A DNA stretch of 64,000 bases. Origin: Chloroflexota bacterium. GTDB lineage: Bacteria; Chloroflexota; UBA6077; FW602-bin22; JAMCYS01. Where the stretch lies: positions 39,035 to 103,034 of the forward strand of contig JAMCYS010000129.1 of NCBI GenBank assembly GCA_023473795.1. Reading direction: 5' to 3'. Positions 1 through 8,319 of this stretch are shown here, one piece after another. Below the pieces are notes generated by a model. That model did no database searches, had not been told where the DNA came from, and saw only the letters and a list, made by a program, of their open reading frames with translations. Both the position numbers and the translations under genes were made by a program. Every line of letters starts with the position of its first letter. Within the stretch, counting starts at the first letter, position 1.

Positions 1-2
1 CC

Positions 3-1322
3 TGGGGCGGCGGCACCAGCGTCTCGGTGCGCAATCTGTTCTTCAACGTGCCGGCGCGGCGGCAGTTCCTGCGCGGCGCCGCCAGCGAGACCGCATACGT
101 CGCTCACCTGATCTGCCAGTACGCCCTTTGCTACCCGGAGATCCAGTTCACGCTGGAAACCGAAGGCAGGGTGGCCTTCCGTGCTCCCGGTAGCGGCCGG
201 GTGGAGGACGCCATAGCCGCCGTCTACGGCGTCGACGCCTTGCAGCAAATGGCCGCGGTGATTCCGGCGGAGGTGGCGCTGGGGGAAGACGCGCCCGGCA
301 TCGCCGTCAGCGGTTACGCCGGCCAGCCCTCGCTTAGCCACGCCAATCGCAGTCACATCTCGCTTTTCGTCAACCGGCGTTGGGTGCAGAACCGCGCCCT
401 CGTCTTCGCGGTGGTCGAGGCCTACCACGACCTGCTGCCCCCAGGGCGCCATCCCGTCGCCGTGCTCAACCTGACCCTACCGCCGGGCGAGGTGGACGTC
501 AACGTGCACCCCACGAAGGCGGAGGTGCGTTTTGCCCGGGAACGGGCGGCCTTCGGCCAGGTGCAGCGGGCGGTGCGCGGCGCGCTCGCCGCCAGCGTGC
601 CCGTGCGCGAATTGGCCGCCCGGCCCGCTCCCGTCACAGCTTTCGACTCTCTTGAGGAACAACAAGAGCTCTCTTTCGCGGATCCGACGCACACGGCTTT
701 CTCACCCGGGCAAGCGGTGGCGCCAGAGCCCGCCAGCGTGGGCGGGAGACGCCTGCCGCTGCTGCGGGTCATTGGCCAGGTGGGCAGCGCCTTCGTGGTG
801 GCGGAGGGACCCAGCGGCCTTTACCTTATCGACCAGCACCGCGCCCACGAGCGAGTGCTCTACGACCGGCTTGCTCGCGAGGGAAGAAACAACGCAGTCG
901 ATAGGCAGCTGCTGCTAGAGCCGCTGCCGCTGGAACTGACGCCCAGGCAGACGGCGCTGGTAGAGTCCAAACTTGCGGCTCTGGCCCAATGGGGACTGCA
1001 GCTGGAGCCCTTCGGCGAGCGCACCTATCTGCTGCGCGCCATGCCCGCTTTCCTCAAGGGCAGCGACCCCAAGGCCACGGTGCTGGAGATCGTCGACGAG
1101 CTGGCCGAGGAGAAAGCCGCCGGCGATTGGCAGGAGCGAGCGCTCATCTCCCTGGCCTGCCATGGAGCTGTGAAGGCGGGGCAGCCTCTGGCGCTGGAAG
1201 AGATGCGCCAGCTAATAGTACAGTTGGAGCAGTCCCCGCTGCCGCAGACCTGTCCCCACGGAGCACCGACGATGGTGCACCTCAGCCAGGCGCAGCTGGA
1301 AAAGGAGTTCCTGCGCCGGTAG
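3..1322 (+). CDS. mutL: DNA mismatch repair protein MutL (5'-truncated by window edge)
   Basis: Frame open from window start. GTSVSVRNLFFNVPARR ATPase-region motif, VDVNVHPTKAEVRF, endonuclease motif DQHRAHERVLY, C-terminal ACHGAVK and CPHGAPT. Confidence 0.96.
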   Translation, partial: WGGGTSVSVRNLFFNVPARRQFLRGAASETAYVAHLICQYALCYPEIQFTLETEGRVAFRAPGSGRVEDAIAAVYGVDALQQMAAVIPAEVALGEDAPGIAVSGYAGQPSLSHANRSHISLFVNRRWVQNRALVFAVVEAYHDLLPPGRHPVAVLNLTLPPGEVDVNVHPTKAEVRFARERAAFGQVQRAVRGALAASVPVRELAARPAPVTAFDSLEEQQELSFADPTHTAFSPGQAVAPEPASVGGRRLPLLRVIGQVGSAFVVAEGPSGLYLIDQHRAHERVLYDRLAREGRNNAVDRQLLLEPLPLELTPRQTALVESKLAALAQWGLQLEPFGERTYLLRAMPAFLKGSDPKATVLEIVDELAEEKAAGDWQERALISLACHGAVKAGQPLALEEMRQLIVQLEQSPLPQTCPHGAPTMVHLSQAQLEKEFLRR

Positions 1323-1334
1323 AAGTCGGGTCCA

Positions 1335-1424
1335 CCACAAAGGTCACAGGGAGCACACAGATATGACGTGCTCAGACCAGGGCACGGTTACTTCGCAACT
1401 CCGTGGTCTCTGTGCTCTCTATGG
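1335..1424. repeat. Degenerate inverted repeat with CACAG(A/G)GA-type ~9-nt periodicity (REP-like), between convergent genes
   Basis: 1335-1360 ccacaaaggtcacagggagcacacag matches the reverse complement of 1399-1424 at 18/26 positions, plus 2 possible G-U pairs. Confidence 0.55.
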
Positions 1425-1437
1425 CAGTCTCGAGCCC

Positions 1438-1767
1438 CTAGATGCCTTCGCCGGGACCCTTGCTAGCCGGGGGTTCGCCCTCGCGCTCGATCACGACCTC
1501 GACCCTGGCCACGAGGCCGGCGATGGCCACGAGTGCCGCCAGCATTGGCGCCAGCCAGAGCGTTACCACACCGCCGAGGACGCCCGCCGTCAGCGGGATG
1601 TCGAGCAAGGCGCGCCCCTCCTGCTTGATGACCAGCCGGCGCACGTTGCCCTGGCCGACCATCTCCTGCACTCGCCCGACCAACTGGTCAGCGGCAACTT
1701 CGATGTTCTCAGTCCAGCGACGCTTCCCTTCGCCCCCCGGAGGCGGTGTATTCATGTTGTCCGACAT
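1438..1767 (-). CDS. Small DUF4342-like membrane-associated protein (109 aa)
   Basis: Start re-chosen at MSDNMN (ATG 1767, GGAGG upstream). Sequence EEIEV-like ENIEVAADQLVGRVQEMVGQGNVRRLVIKQEGRALLDIPLTAGV plus a hydrophobic segment resembles DUF4342. Confidence 0.75.
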   Translation of the reverse strand: MSDNMNTPPPGGEGKRRWTENIEVAADQLVGRVQEMVGQGNVRRLVIKQEGRALLDIPLTAGVLGGVVTLWLAPMLAALVAIAGLVARVEVVIEREGEPPASKGPGEGI

Positions 1768-1968
1768 GGTAAAGCCCTCCAATACATTCGCTTGCCCACT
1801 GCAAATATAACAGATACAGCTGCCAAATGCAGACAGGCCGTGTCTCGCTCGCCGTGGCTGCCGGGCGACGCGGAACAAGTCCTGCTGCTTTACCCGGCGT
1901 TGGGGCAGGAAGCGAACCGCGCCGGTTCGCGTCGCAGCCGCAGCCAATACGCGCAGGGAGGTTCACCC

Positions 1969-2193
1969 GTGGCACGCAGCGAGTACACCATCCCGATTTC
2001 CGGACGGACCGATTGGGACCGGGCGACGATCTTCCAGGACGAGGACGGATGGTACTACTGCCCGCGCCGCGCCGACCCGCACGGCGAGGAGATGGAAGAA
2101 GATTCCGTGGGACCTTTTGCCAGCCCCGGGGAGGCTGAGCGCAAGGCACGCGAGTGGTTCATTCCGCCGCCCAGCGACCCCGATACCGATTAG
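1969..2193 (+). CDS. Small acidic hypothetical protein (74 aa), paralogue A
   Basis: GTG at 1969 preceded by GGAGGT. Similar to the next ORF (GRxxWDxAxIxQxxDGWYY and PF/PYxxxxEAERxA). Confidence 0.65.
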   Translation: MARSEYTIPISGRTDWDRATIFQDEDGWYYCPRRADPHGEEMEEDSVGPFASPGEAERKAREWFIPPPSDPDTD

Positions 2194-2215
2194 ACCCCGA
2201 CACCGCCCGAAGGAG

Positions 2216-2440
2216 ATGAACTTGGAGAGAGAAGAACGGGTCGTGCCCGTGGACGGTCGCCACGGCTGGGACCACGCCTCCATCTTGCAGCGCGACGACG
2301 GCTGGTACTATAAGCTCTGGAGCATGGATCCAGCGGTGCCGGCCGAAAAGCCCGTGGACCCGTACGACACCGCGGAGGAGGCCGAAAGGCGGGCGCAGGG
2401 CGACCCTAAGCCGCCCATCGGCTGGAAGGACAGATACTGA
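2216..2440 (+). CDS. Small hypothetical protein (74 aa), paralogue B
   Basis: ATG at 2216 directly after AAGGAG. Same length and shared motifs with the preceding ORF, followed by a strong hairpin. Confidence 0.6.
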   Translation: MNLEREERVVPVDGRHGWDHASILQRDDGWYYKLWSMDPAVPAEKPVDPYDTAEEAERRAQGDPKPPIGWKDRY

Positions 2441-2458
2441 GAGGCTGTATCGCGGAGA

Positions 2459-2486
2459 GCGGGGCCGGCCGGCGTGCCGGCCCCGC
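2459..2486. terminator. GC-rich hairpin between convergent genes (probable bidirectional terminator)
   Basis: Perfect 11-bp stem gcggggccggc / gccggccccgc with a 6-nt loop. No clear U-tract. Confidence 0.55.
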
Positions 2487-2495
2487 GGTCGAACC

Positions 2496-3413
2496 CTAAA
2501 CCCTCAAGAACGAGTGGGCATAGATGATCTTGTTGGCCAGTATCTGCCAGGTCTTGAAGATCTCCACCTGCTCCTGGTCGCTCATGTCAACCGCCGCCGG
2601 GTCCAGATCCTCCATCGCGGCAACCGCATCGTAGAGGCTGACCAGCAATTTGCCCTTGGCCGTGCTCTCGTCGCGCTTCTCGACTATCCGCGCCCAATCC
2701 AGCAGTTCGTGGTCGAGCGGATCGACGATGGCCGCGTCCAGCCCGGCGCCCAGGCACATCACCAGCATCACGCGGTTGATCAGGCCGCGCACCTCGTTGG
2801 GCGAGCCGTTGGAGACGTTGCTGAGGCCGACGATAGACTTAGCCGGCGGGTCGGAGAGCTGTCCGAAGATGCGTACGGCTTCCACCGTTTGCATCACGCC
2901 CGGCTGATCCGCCGAGACCGGCAGGGTGAGGGGATCGAGGAAAATGCGCTCGGTGCCGATGCCGGCTTCCGCCGCGGCGGCAATCAGGTCCAGCGCCACC
3001 GCCGCGCGCTCTGAAGACTCGTTCGGGATGCCCTTGTCGGTCAGAGTGAGGGCGACCAGATCGGAGTTGTACTCAGCCGCCAGGCCGACCATGGCTTGCA
3101 TGCGGGCGGCCTCCGCCGAGGCCGAGTTGAGCACTGGCTTGACCTTGCACAGCTTGAGACCCGCCTCCATCGCCACGGCATTAGTCGTATCAAGGGACAG
3201 CGGCACGTCCGTCACCGCCTGCACCGCCGGCACTAGCCACTCCATAATCGCCGGGCCCTGTTTCTTAGAGGGGCCGATGTTCAAGTCAAGGATATGGGCT
3301 CCGGCCTTCACCTGATTGAGCGCCATTTCCTGGATTAGCTGCGTGTCTCGGCCCTCGAACGCGGCCTTCACCTTGGGGGAGATGATGTGAATCCTTTCGC
3401 CAACGACCAGCAT
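2496..3413 (-). CDS. acsE: Methyltetrahydrofolate:corrinoid Fe-S protein methyltransferase (pterin-binding TIM barrel)
   Basis: MLVVGERIHI, ILDLNIG, LSLDTTN, VLNSAS, IFLDPL, SIVGLSNVSNG, GLDAAIVDP. Last gene of the acs cluster. Confidence 0.88.
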   Translation of the reverse strand: MLVVGERIHIISPKVKAAFEGRDTQLIQEMALNQVKAGAHILDLNIGPSKKQGPAIMEWLVPAVQAVTDVPLSLDTTNAVAMEAGLKLCKVKPVLNSASAEAARMQAMVGLAAEYNSDLVALTLTDKGIPNESSERAAVALDLIAAAAEAGIGTERIFLDPLTLPVSADQPGVMQTVEAVRIFGQLSDPPAKSIVGLSNVSNGSPNEVRGLINRVMLVMCLGAGLDAAIVDPLDHELLDWARIVEKRDESTAKGKLLVSLYDAVAAMEDLDPAAVDMSDQEQVEIFKTWQILANKIIYAHSFLRV

Positions 3414-3443
3414 GTCTAGCCTTACCTCCTCGTTCTAACTTAG

Positions 3444-5411
3444 CTATTGGCTGCCGGCGGGCCTCGGCGTCCGCGGGCCAAGCGCCTGCAAGCGCTCTCG
3501 CACGGTCGGGAACGCGTCCAAATTGGTGTGGGGAAGGAACAGCGCCGAGACGTAGTGGTCCATATAGGACGGATGGACGCTCAACTCAACGTAGGTCAAC
3601 TTGCCGACGATCTCGTCGGCGCGCTGCAGCATATCCCGCGAGAGCGCCATCAGCTTGGCACCCAGGAGGGAGCTGTTGCCGACGAACTTGATGCGTTCGT
3701 AGGGCACGTCGGGGAGCAGGCCCAGGGCCACGGCCTTATCCGCGCGCAAGTAGCGCCCGAAGGAGCCGGCGATGAGTATCTCCTCCACGTCGGCCAGGTT
3801 GAGGTCGACCGACTGCACCAGCAACTCGGCCGCGGCGTAAATTGCCCCTTTGGCGCGCAGCAAGTTGTCTATGTCGACCTCGGTGAAAACGATATCGCGC
3901 TTGATGGCGGTGTGTTCGGCCCAGACCAAGACGTACTCCCCGCCTCGTTCGCCCTGGCGCACCCGCGCCGTGGGCAGGCCCTGGTTGAACTTGCCCCGCT
4001 TGTCGACGGCGCCGTTAAGGAAGAGCTCGGAGAGCAGGTCGATGAGGCCGCTGCCGCAGATGCCCAGAGGCCGGCGGTTGCCGATGGTCAAGATCATCGG
4101 CTCCAGGGTATCGGGGTTGATCCGCACCTGCTCGATGGCGCCGCTGGTAGCCCGCATGCCGTATTGAACGCCGCCACCCTCAAACGCCGGCCCGGCCGAG
4201 CAGGCGCAGGCCAGCATCCAGTCCGCGTTGCCGATAACCATCTCCGCGTTGGTGCCAACGTCGATGAAGAGGGTCAGATGCTCGGCGTTGAACAGCCCGG
4301 AGGCCAGTACGCCGGCAGTGATATCGCCGCCCACGTAGCTGGCTACGCCGGGCGCACAGTGCAGCTTGACGCCCTCCGGCAGACCCAGCCCCAGCTCCCG
4401 CGCCTCCACCCAGGGGAAATGCGTGCTGGCAGGCGTATAGGGGTCGAGCCGGATGTAGCGTGGCTCGATGCCCAGGAACAGATGGGTCATCGTGGTGTTG
4501 CCGGCCAACGAGACGTGGCTAATCATGGAGGCCGATACGCCGGTCTTGCTCAACAGATCCTGAATCAGGCCGTCGATCGTGGCCACGGCCGCCTTCTGCA
4601 ACTTGGCGAGGCCTTCGGCTTTGCTGGCGAAGATAATGCGTGAGATCACGTCCTCGCCGTAGCTCACCTGGGAGTTGTAGTCCGAAGACTGACTCACCGT
4701 CTCGCCCGTGCGCAGATCGAGCAAGGCCACGCTGACCGTCGTCGTGCCCAGGTCGACGGCCAGAGCGTACTGCTGCTGAGAGGTGTCGCCCGGCTCCACC
4801 GTCACGATCTCCAACCGATCGGACGGCGCCAGCACGCCGCAGGTGACCTGCCAATCCTGGGCACGCGCCACCGAAGGCAGCTCTTTGAGGGCACGGAAAC
4901 TGAGCTCGACGCTGCTCTCGCCGGTGACGCGCGCCAGCTCGCGGCGCAGGCGGTCGGCGTCCGGGGCGGCATCGGCCAGACTGGGCGGCTCGGGGCTGAT
5001 GAAGACCTTCTGCGCCGGCGGGTCCAGGTTCCAGTGAGGTAGGCGCGCCTCCCAATCGTGCGCCGCCAGGGTCGTGCCCACTGCCGGGGCGGCGGCCTCG
5101 CGGTCCAGCACCCGCCTATCGCCGATTTGCGATTCGAGCGGCACGCGCACGGTAACGTCACTGACGACCGTGCTATGGCAGGCGAGCACGTAGCCCTGCT
5201 GGCGCTCGGCGGCACCAAGGTGTTTGTGCGGGCGCTCTTCGACGGCGCCCTCCTCGATCACCACCCGGCACTTGCCGCAGGTGCCCGAACCGCCGCAACT
5301 GGCATTGATATGTACGTCGGCGCCCATCGCCAGCCGGAGCAGGTTGTCGCCGCGCTCCGCCAGGACGCGGCGGTTGGACGGCAGAAAGGAAACGGTGAAC
5401 CGCTCAGTCAT
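3444..5411 (-). CDS. acsV: Corrinoid reductive activator (RACo/AcsV; N-terminal 2Fe-2S plus ASKHA/DUF4445 ATPase)
   Basis: CGGSGTCGKC...LAC 2Fe-2S motif, AVDLGTTT, FIDVGTNAE, CACSAGPAFEG, GICGSG, AGSFG. Located in the acs operon. Confidence 0.9.
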   Translation of the reverse strand: MTERFTVSFLPSNRRVLAERGDNLLRLAMGADVHINASCGGSGTCGKCRVVIEEGAVEERPHKHLGAAERQQGYVLACHSTVVSDVTVRVPLESQIGDRRVLDREAAAPAVGTTLAAHDWEARLPHWNLDPPAQKVFISPEPPSLADAAPDADRLRRELARVTGESSVELSFRALKELPSVARAQDWQVTCGVLAPSDRLEIVTVEPGDTSQQQYALAVDLGTTTVSVALLDLRTGETVSQSSDYNSQVSYGEDVISRIIFASKAEGLAKLQKAAVATIDGLIQDLLSKTGVSASMISHVSLAGNTTMTHLFLGIEPRYIRLDPYTPASTHFPWVEARELGLGLPEGVKLHCAPGVASYVGGDITAGVLASGLFNAEHLTLFIDVGTNAEMVIGNADWMLACACSAGPAFEGGGVQYGMRATSGAIEQVRINPDTLEPMILTIGNRRPLGICGSGLIDLLSELFLNGAVDKRGKFNQGLPTARVRQGERGGEYVLVWAEHTAIKRDIVFTEVDIDNLLRAKGAIYAAAELLVQSVDLNLADVEEILIAGSFGRYLRADKAVALGLLPDVPYERIKFVGNSSLLGAKLMALSRDMLQRADEIVGKLTYVELSVHPSYMDHYVSALFLPHTNLDAFPTVRERLQALGPRTPRPAGSQ

Positions 5412-5413
5412 GT

Positions 5414-5992
5414 CTAGAACTCATCCCTACGGGAAACGGGTAATGGTAGGCGAAGGATCGCCATGTCGTGGGTCATCCCATCCGGCGTCATGAAGTAGTC
5501 GCGGTAGTGAGCCTCCAGCGTGAAGCCGAGCTTCTGGAAAGCCTTCACCACTTGCGTCTGCTCGACCACAATTTCGGCCAGCAACTGCTGCAGGCCAAAC
5601 CGCTTGCCCAGTTCGGTAATCTCCTCCAACATCTTGGTGCCCAGGCCGCGCCGGCGGTACTCCGTGGCCAGGAAGATGCGCACCCGGCCAATGTGACGGG
5701 TTGGCCCGAAATGGAAATGAAGCGTCGCCTGGCCCACCAGACGCTCATCGACGCACGCGACGATCGGCAGTACTCTGGAGTAGTCGAGGTTGTCGATCCA
5801 GGAGGCGACGACGTCCCTATCGCGAACATCGTCCTTGAGGTACATCACGTCCTCTTCGGTCGCCCCGGCAAACATCCCGAGCAGCTTCGTCCTGTCCTCC
5901 GGCAGCAAGGGGCGGAGCAGCGCGCGGGTGCCATCCGCCAGCCGCACTACTTTGCGGTACTTGGGCAAGTTCAGCAGCAGCAGCGAGCTCAT
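5414..5992 (-). CDS. GNAT-family N-acetyltransferase (Pat-like catalytic module)
   Basis: Acetyl-CoA-binding motif YRRRGLGTKML, N-terminal LADGTRALLRPLLPED, LDYSRVLPIVA, FQKLGF. AAGGAGG RBS 7 nt upstream. Confidence 0.88.
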   Translation of the reverse strand: MSSLLLLNLPKYRKVVRLADGTRALLRPLLPEDRTKLLGMFAGATEEDVMYLKDDVRDRDVVASWIDNLDYSRVLPIVACVDERLVGQATLHFHFGPTRHIGRVRIFLATEYRRRGLGTKMLEEITELGKRFGLQQLLAEIVVEQTQVVKAFQKLGFTLEAHYRDYFMTPDGMTHDMAILRLPLPVSRRDEF

Positions 5993-6020
5993 TGGAAAAC
6001 CTCCTTGGCCTGTCCTGGTA

Positions 6021-6797
6021 CTACCGTTCCACCAGCCACCGCCCCACCTCCTCGACTTTGCGGTAGATGGCCGAATCCCCAGCCACCTGGACCAGCGGCT
6101 CGCCCCGCGCGTCCAAGTCGGCTATGCCAGGGTCAAGGGCTACAGTGCCGAGATACTGCGCCGGTAGCCTGGCCACGAAATCGCCAAGCGACGAGGGCAG
6201 GTCGCCGCTCGTTCGGTTGATGACCAGGAAGGAACGGCTAACCTTGGTCTTCAGCTCTTTGACAAGGTCCAGGACCCGCTCCACGGCGGTCAGGCCGCGA
6301 ATCGTCGGGTCCGAAACCAGCAGGAGGGAGTCGACGTCACGGGTAGTGCGCCGGCTGAGGTGCTCCAGACCAGCTTCGTTGTCGATGACGAGATAGTCGT
6401 AGTTCTTGGAGAGGCGGTCCACGATCACGCGCAGCATGTTATTGGCCGCGCAGTAGCAGCCTGGCCCTTCAGGCCGCCCCATGGCCAGAAGGTCCACCCC
6501 CGGGCCCTCGACCAGCGACTCTTGAATCTGGTACTCCAGGTAGTCCTGTTTGGACATCCCTGGCTCGAGGCTGTTGCGCCCGACCTTGCCCAGCAGCTCT
6601 TCGCGAATCTCACCCACGCTGTGGGCCAGCGGCAAACCGAGGGCCTGGTTCAGGTTTGAGCTCGGGTCCGCGTCGATCGCCAGGATGGTGCCGTCGCCGC
6701 GCTCACGTAGATAGCGAACTAGCAGAGCGGCGATGGTGGTCTTGCCGGTGCCGCCCTTGCCCGCCACGGCAATGCTTGTACCCAATCGGTCCCCCAA
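6021..6797 (-). CDS. cooC: CooC/AcsF-type Ni-insertion ATPase for CODH/ACS maturation (start may be TTG at 6785)
   Basis: AVAGKGGTGKTT, AIDADPSSNL, GPGCYC metal motif, IDNEAGLEHLSR. Confidence 0.92.
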   Translation of the reverse strand: MGDRLGTSIAVAGKGGTGKTTIAALLVRYLRERGDGTILAIDADPSSNLNQALGLPLAHSVGEIREELLGKVGRNSLEPGMSKQDYLEYQIQESLVEGPGVDLLAMGRPEGPGCYCAANNMLRVIVDRLSKNYDYLVIDNEAGLEHLSRRTTRDVDSLLLVSDPTIRGLTAVERVLDLVKELKTKVSRSFLVINRTSGDLPSSLGDFVARLPAQYLGTVALDPGIADLDARGEPLVQVAGDSAIYRKVEEVGRWLVER

Positions 6798-6806
6798 TCT
6801 AGGTCT

Positions 6807-6843
6807 CGGGGACCCTCACCCTGACCCCCTTCCGCAGGGAGGG
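6807..6843. repeat. Dispersed CCCTCACCCT...GGGAGGG REP-like element, copy 1
   Basis: cggggaccctcaccctgacccccttccgcagggaggg. A related copy lies at 46302-46340. Confidence 0.5.
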
Positions 6844-6938
6844 CGGCCAACGACCCTTCCCCCTGAGAGCGGGAACGGCTGGGTGGGGGCCGGATGCTGT
6901 TGCTGGCGGCAGTTGGACGGCCGCCGCCAGAAGTGCAG

Positions 6939-8300
6939 CTATCTCTTGCCCACTATCGTCGGCCAGGTGCGCCGCAGGTAGGGACTGATGTCCACGGCCT
7001 CGCGAGGGCCCACCAGCGCCTTCCAGCCGGGTAGCTCCTCTTCCACTTCTCCGGAGAGGGTGGAAACGTAGCCCGGCAGAACGATGTAGCGGTGTGAGAC
7101 CTTGTCGGCGATTCCGCACGCCTTGACCGTTTTGGCGATCTTCTCGGCGTCGAACTTGCCGGCCGCCCAGGCTGTGAGAACGGAGAGGCCTTCGGCGTCG
7201 GACACGATCAGGTAGGTCGGCACGCCACTGGCCTCGACCTCGCCCGCCACGCTGAAATAAGTGATGGAGAAGTTGGTGGTCACCAGTACCGGCGAGTTCT
7301 GATCGACCTCACCGAAGGCGTAGATCTCCGGCTTCACCTGAATAGGCTTCTGCGGGTCGGTATAGATGTTCAGGCGCAGGGTCAGCAAGGCATAGATACT
7401 GGCCGGGTCGAAATGATCCAGAACGATGAAGCCACCGTACTTCATGACCTGCTGGCCGGCGAAGGCGGTCTCTTCCTCGGCCGAGGCGGCAGCCTCGCCT
7501 GGGAAGCCGATGAGCGGATAGCCCACCAGGCGCAGGTTCTTGCGCAGCGCCAGGCGCCTTAGCTGAGTGAAGGCAGCGAGATTGGCGGCGGCACTGCGGG
7601 CACCCGGATCGAGCACGATGTCGGCCACTCCGGCCTTGGTCACCTGCTCGGCCAGAGAGGCCAGAGCGCTGAGACTGCCCGCCTCGCGAACGGCCAGCGG
7701 GCAGGAATGCTTCTTGGCCAGCTCGACCATCGCCTGCCAATTCTCGGCATCGGCGGCGTAGATCAGCGGCTTGCGGTCGGCGACCGCGGGCAAGGCCGCG
7801 GCCATGGCCGCCGGGTCCTTGCTCAGCAGGATCAGCGCACCGTCGCACGCCTGGGCCACGTCCTGTACGGCTGCGGCAAACGTAGCCGCGTCGCCGGAGG
7901 CGTTCTCCACAGCCACGCCCGCCGCGGCCATCTGCAGGCCCACGCGCTCTACCTTGTAGTCGGCGATGGTCTTGGCCGCGGCCGCGGCGTCCGCCTGGTT
8001 ATCCTTCACCCGCGCGAAGATGCCGGGCGCGTGGTAGAAGGTCTTGTCGTGGCGGAACATGACCGTCTCGTTGCCGACCTCTAGCTTCTGGTCGCCCACG
8101 CCCACGGTGACGAGGCGAATCGGCGGCGCCGAGGCGGCGTCGAGCGCCTGCTTGGCCGCGTCGGAGACGTAGGGGCAAGCGGACAGCTCTGCCTGCTTGG
8201 CCGCGAGTTTCATCGCGAAAGCCAGGCAGGTGGGCATGCCGCACTCTTTGCAGTTTGTCTTGGGCAGTTGCTTGTATATCTCTAGACCACTAAGCCCCAC
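6939..8300 (-). CDS. acsC: Corrinoid Fe-S protein large (gamma) subunit
   Basis: LPKTNCKECGMPTCLAFAMKL...CPY 4Fe-4S motif, IYTDPQKP, PVLVTTNFSITY, GLSVLTAWAAGKF, GPREA. Confidence 0.96.
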   Translation of the reverse strand: MGLSGLEIYKQLPKTNCKECGMPTCLAFAMKLAAKQAELSACPYVSDAAKQALDAASAPPIRLVTVGVGDQKLEVGNETVMFRHDKTFYHAPGIFARVKDNQADAAAAAKTIADYKVERVGLQMAAAGVAVENASGDAATFAAAVQDVAQACDGALILLSKDPAAMAAALPAVADRKPLIYAADAENWQAMVELAKKHSCPLAVREAGSLSALASLAEQVTKAGVADIVLDPGARSAAANLAAFTQLRRLALRKNLRLVGYPLIGFPGEAAASAEEETAFAGQQVMKYGGFIVLDHFDPASIYALLTLRLNIYTDPQKPIQVKPEIYAFGEVDQNSPVLVTTNFSITYFSVAGEVEASGVPTYLIVSDAEGLSVLTAWAAGKFDAEKIAKTVKACGIADKVSHRYIVLPGYVSTLSGEVEEELPGWKALVGPREAVDISPYLRRTWPTIVGKR

Positions 8301-8319
8301 TGTGCAATCTCCTTCCGGC

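Noticed and set aside
1363-2193. 276-aa plus-strand ORF as a single gene
   Set aside because: Its 5' part is antisense to the DUF4342-like gene. Only the last 74 codons have an RBS and a paralogue.
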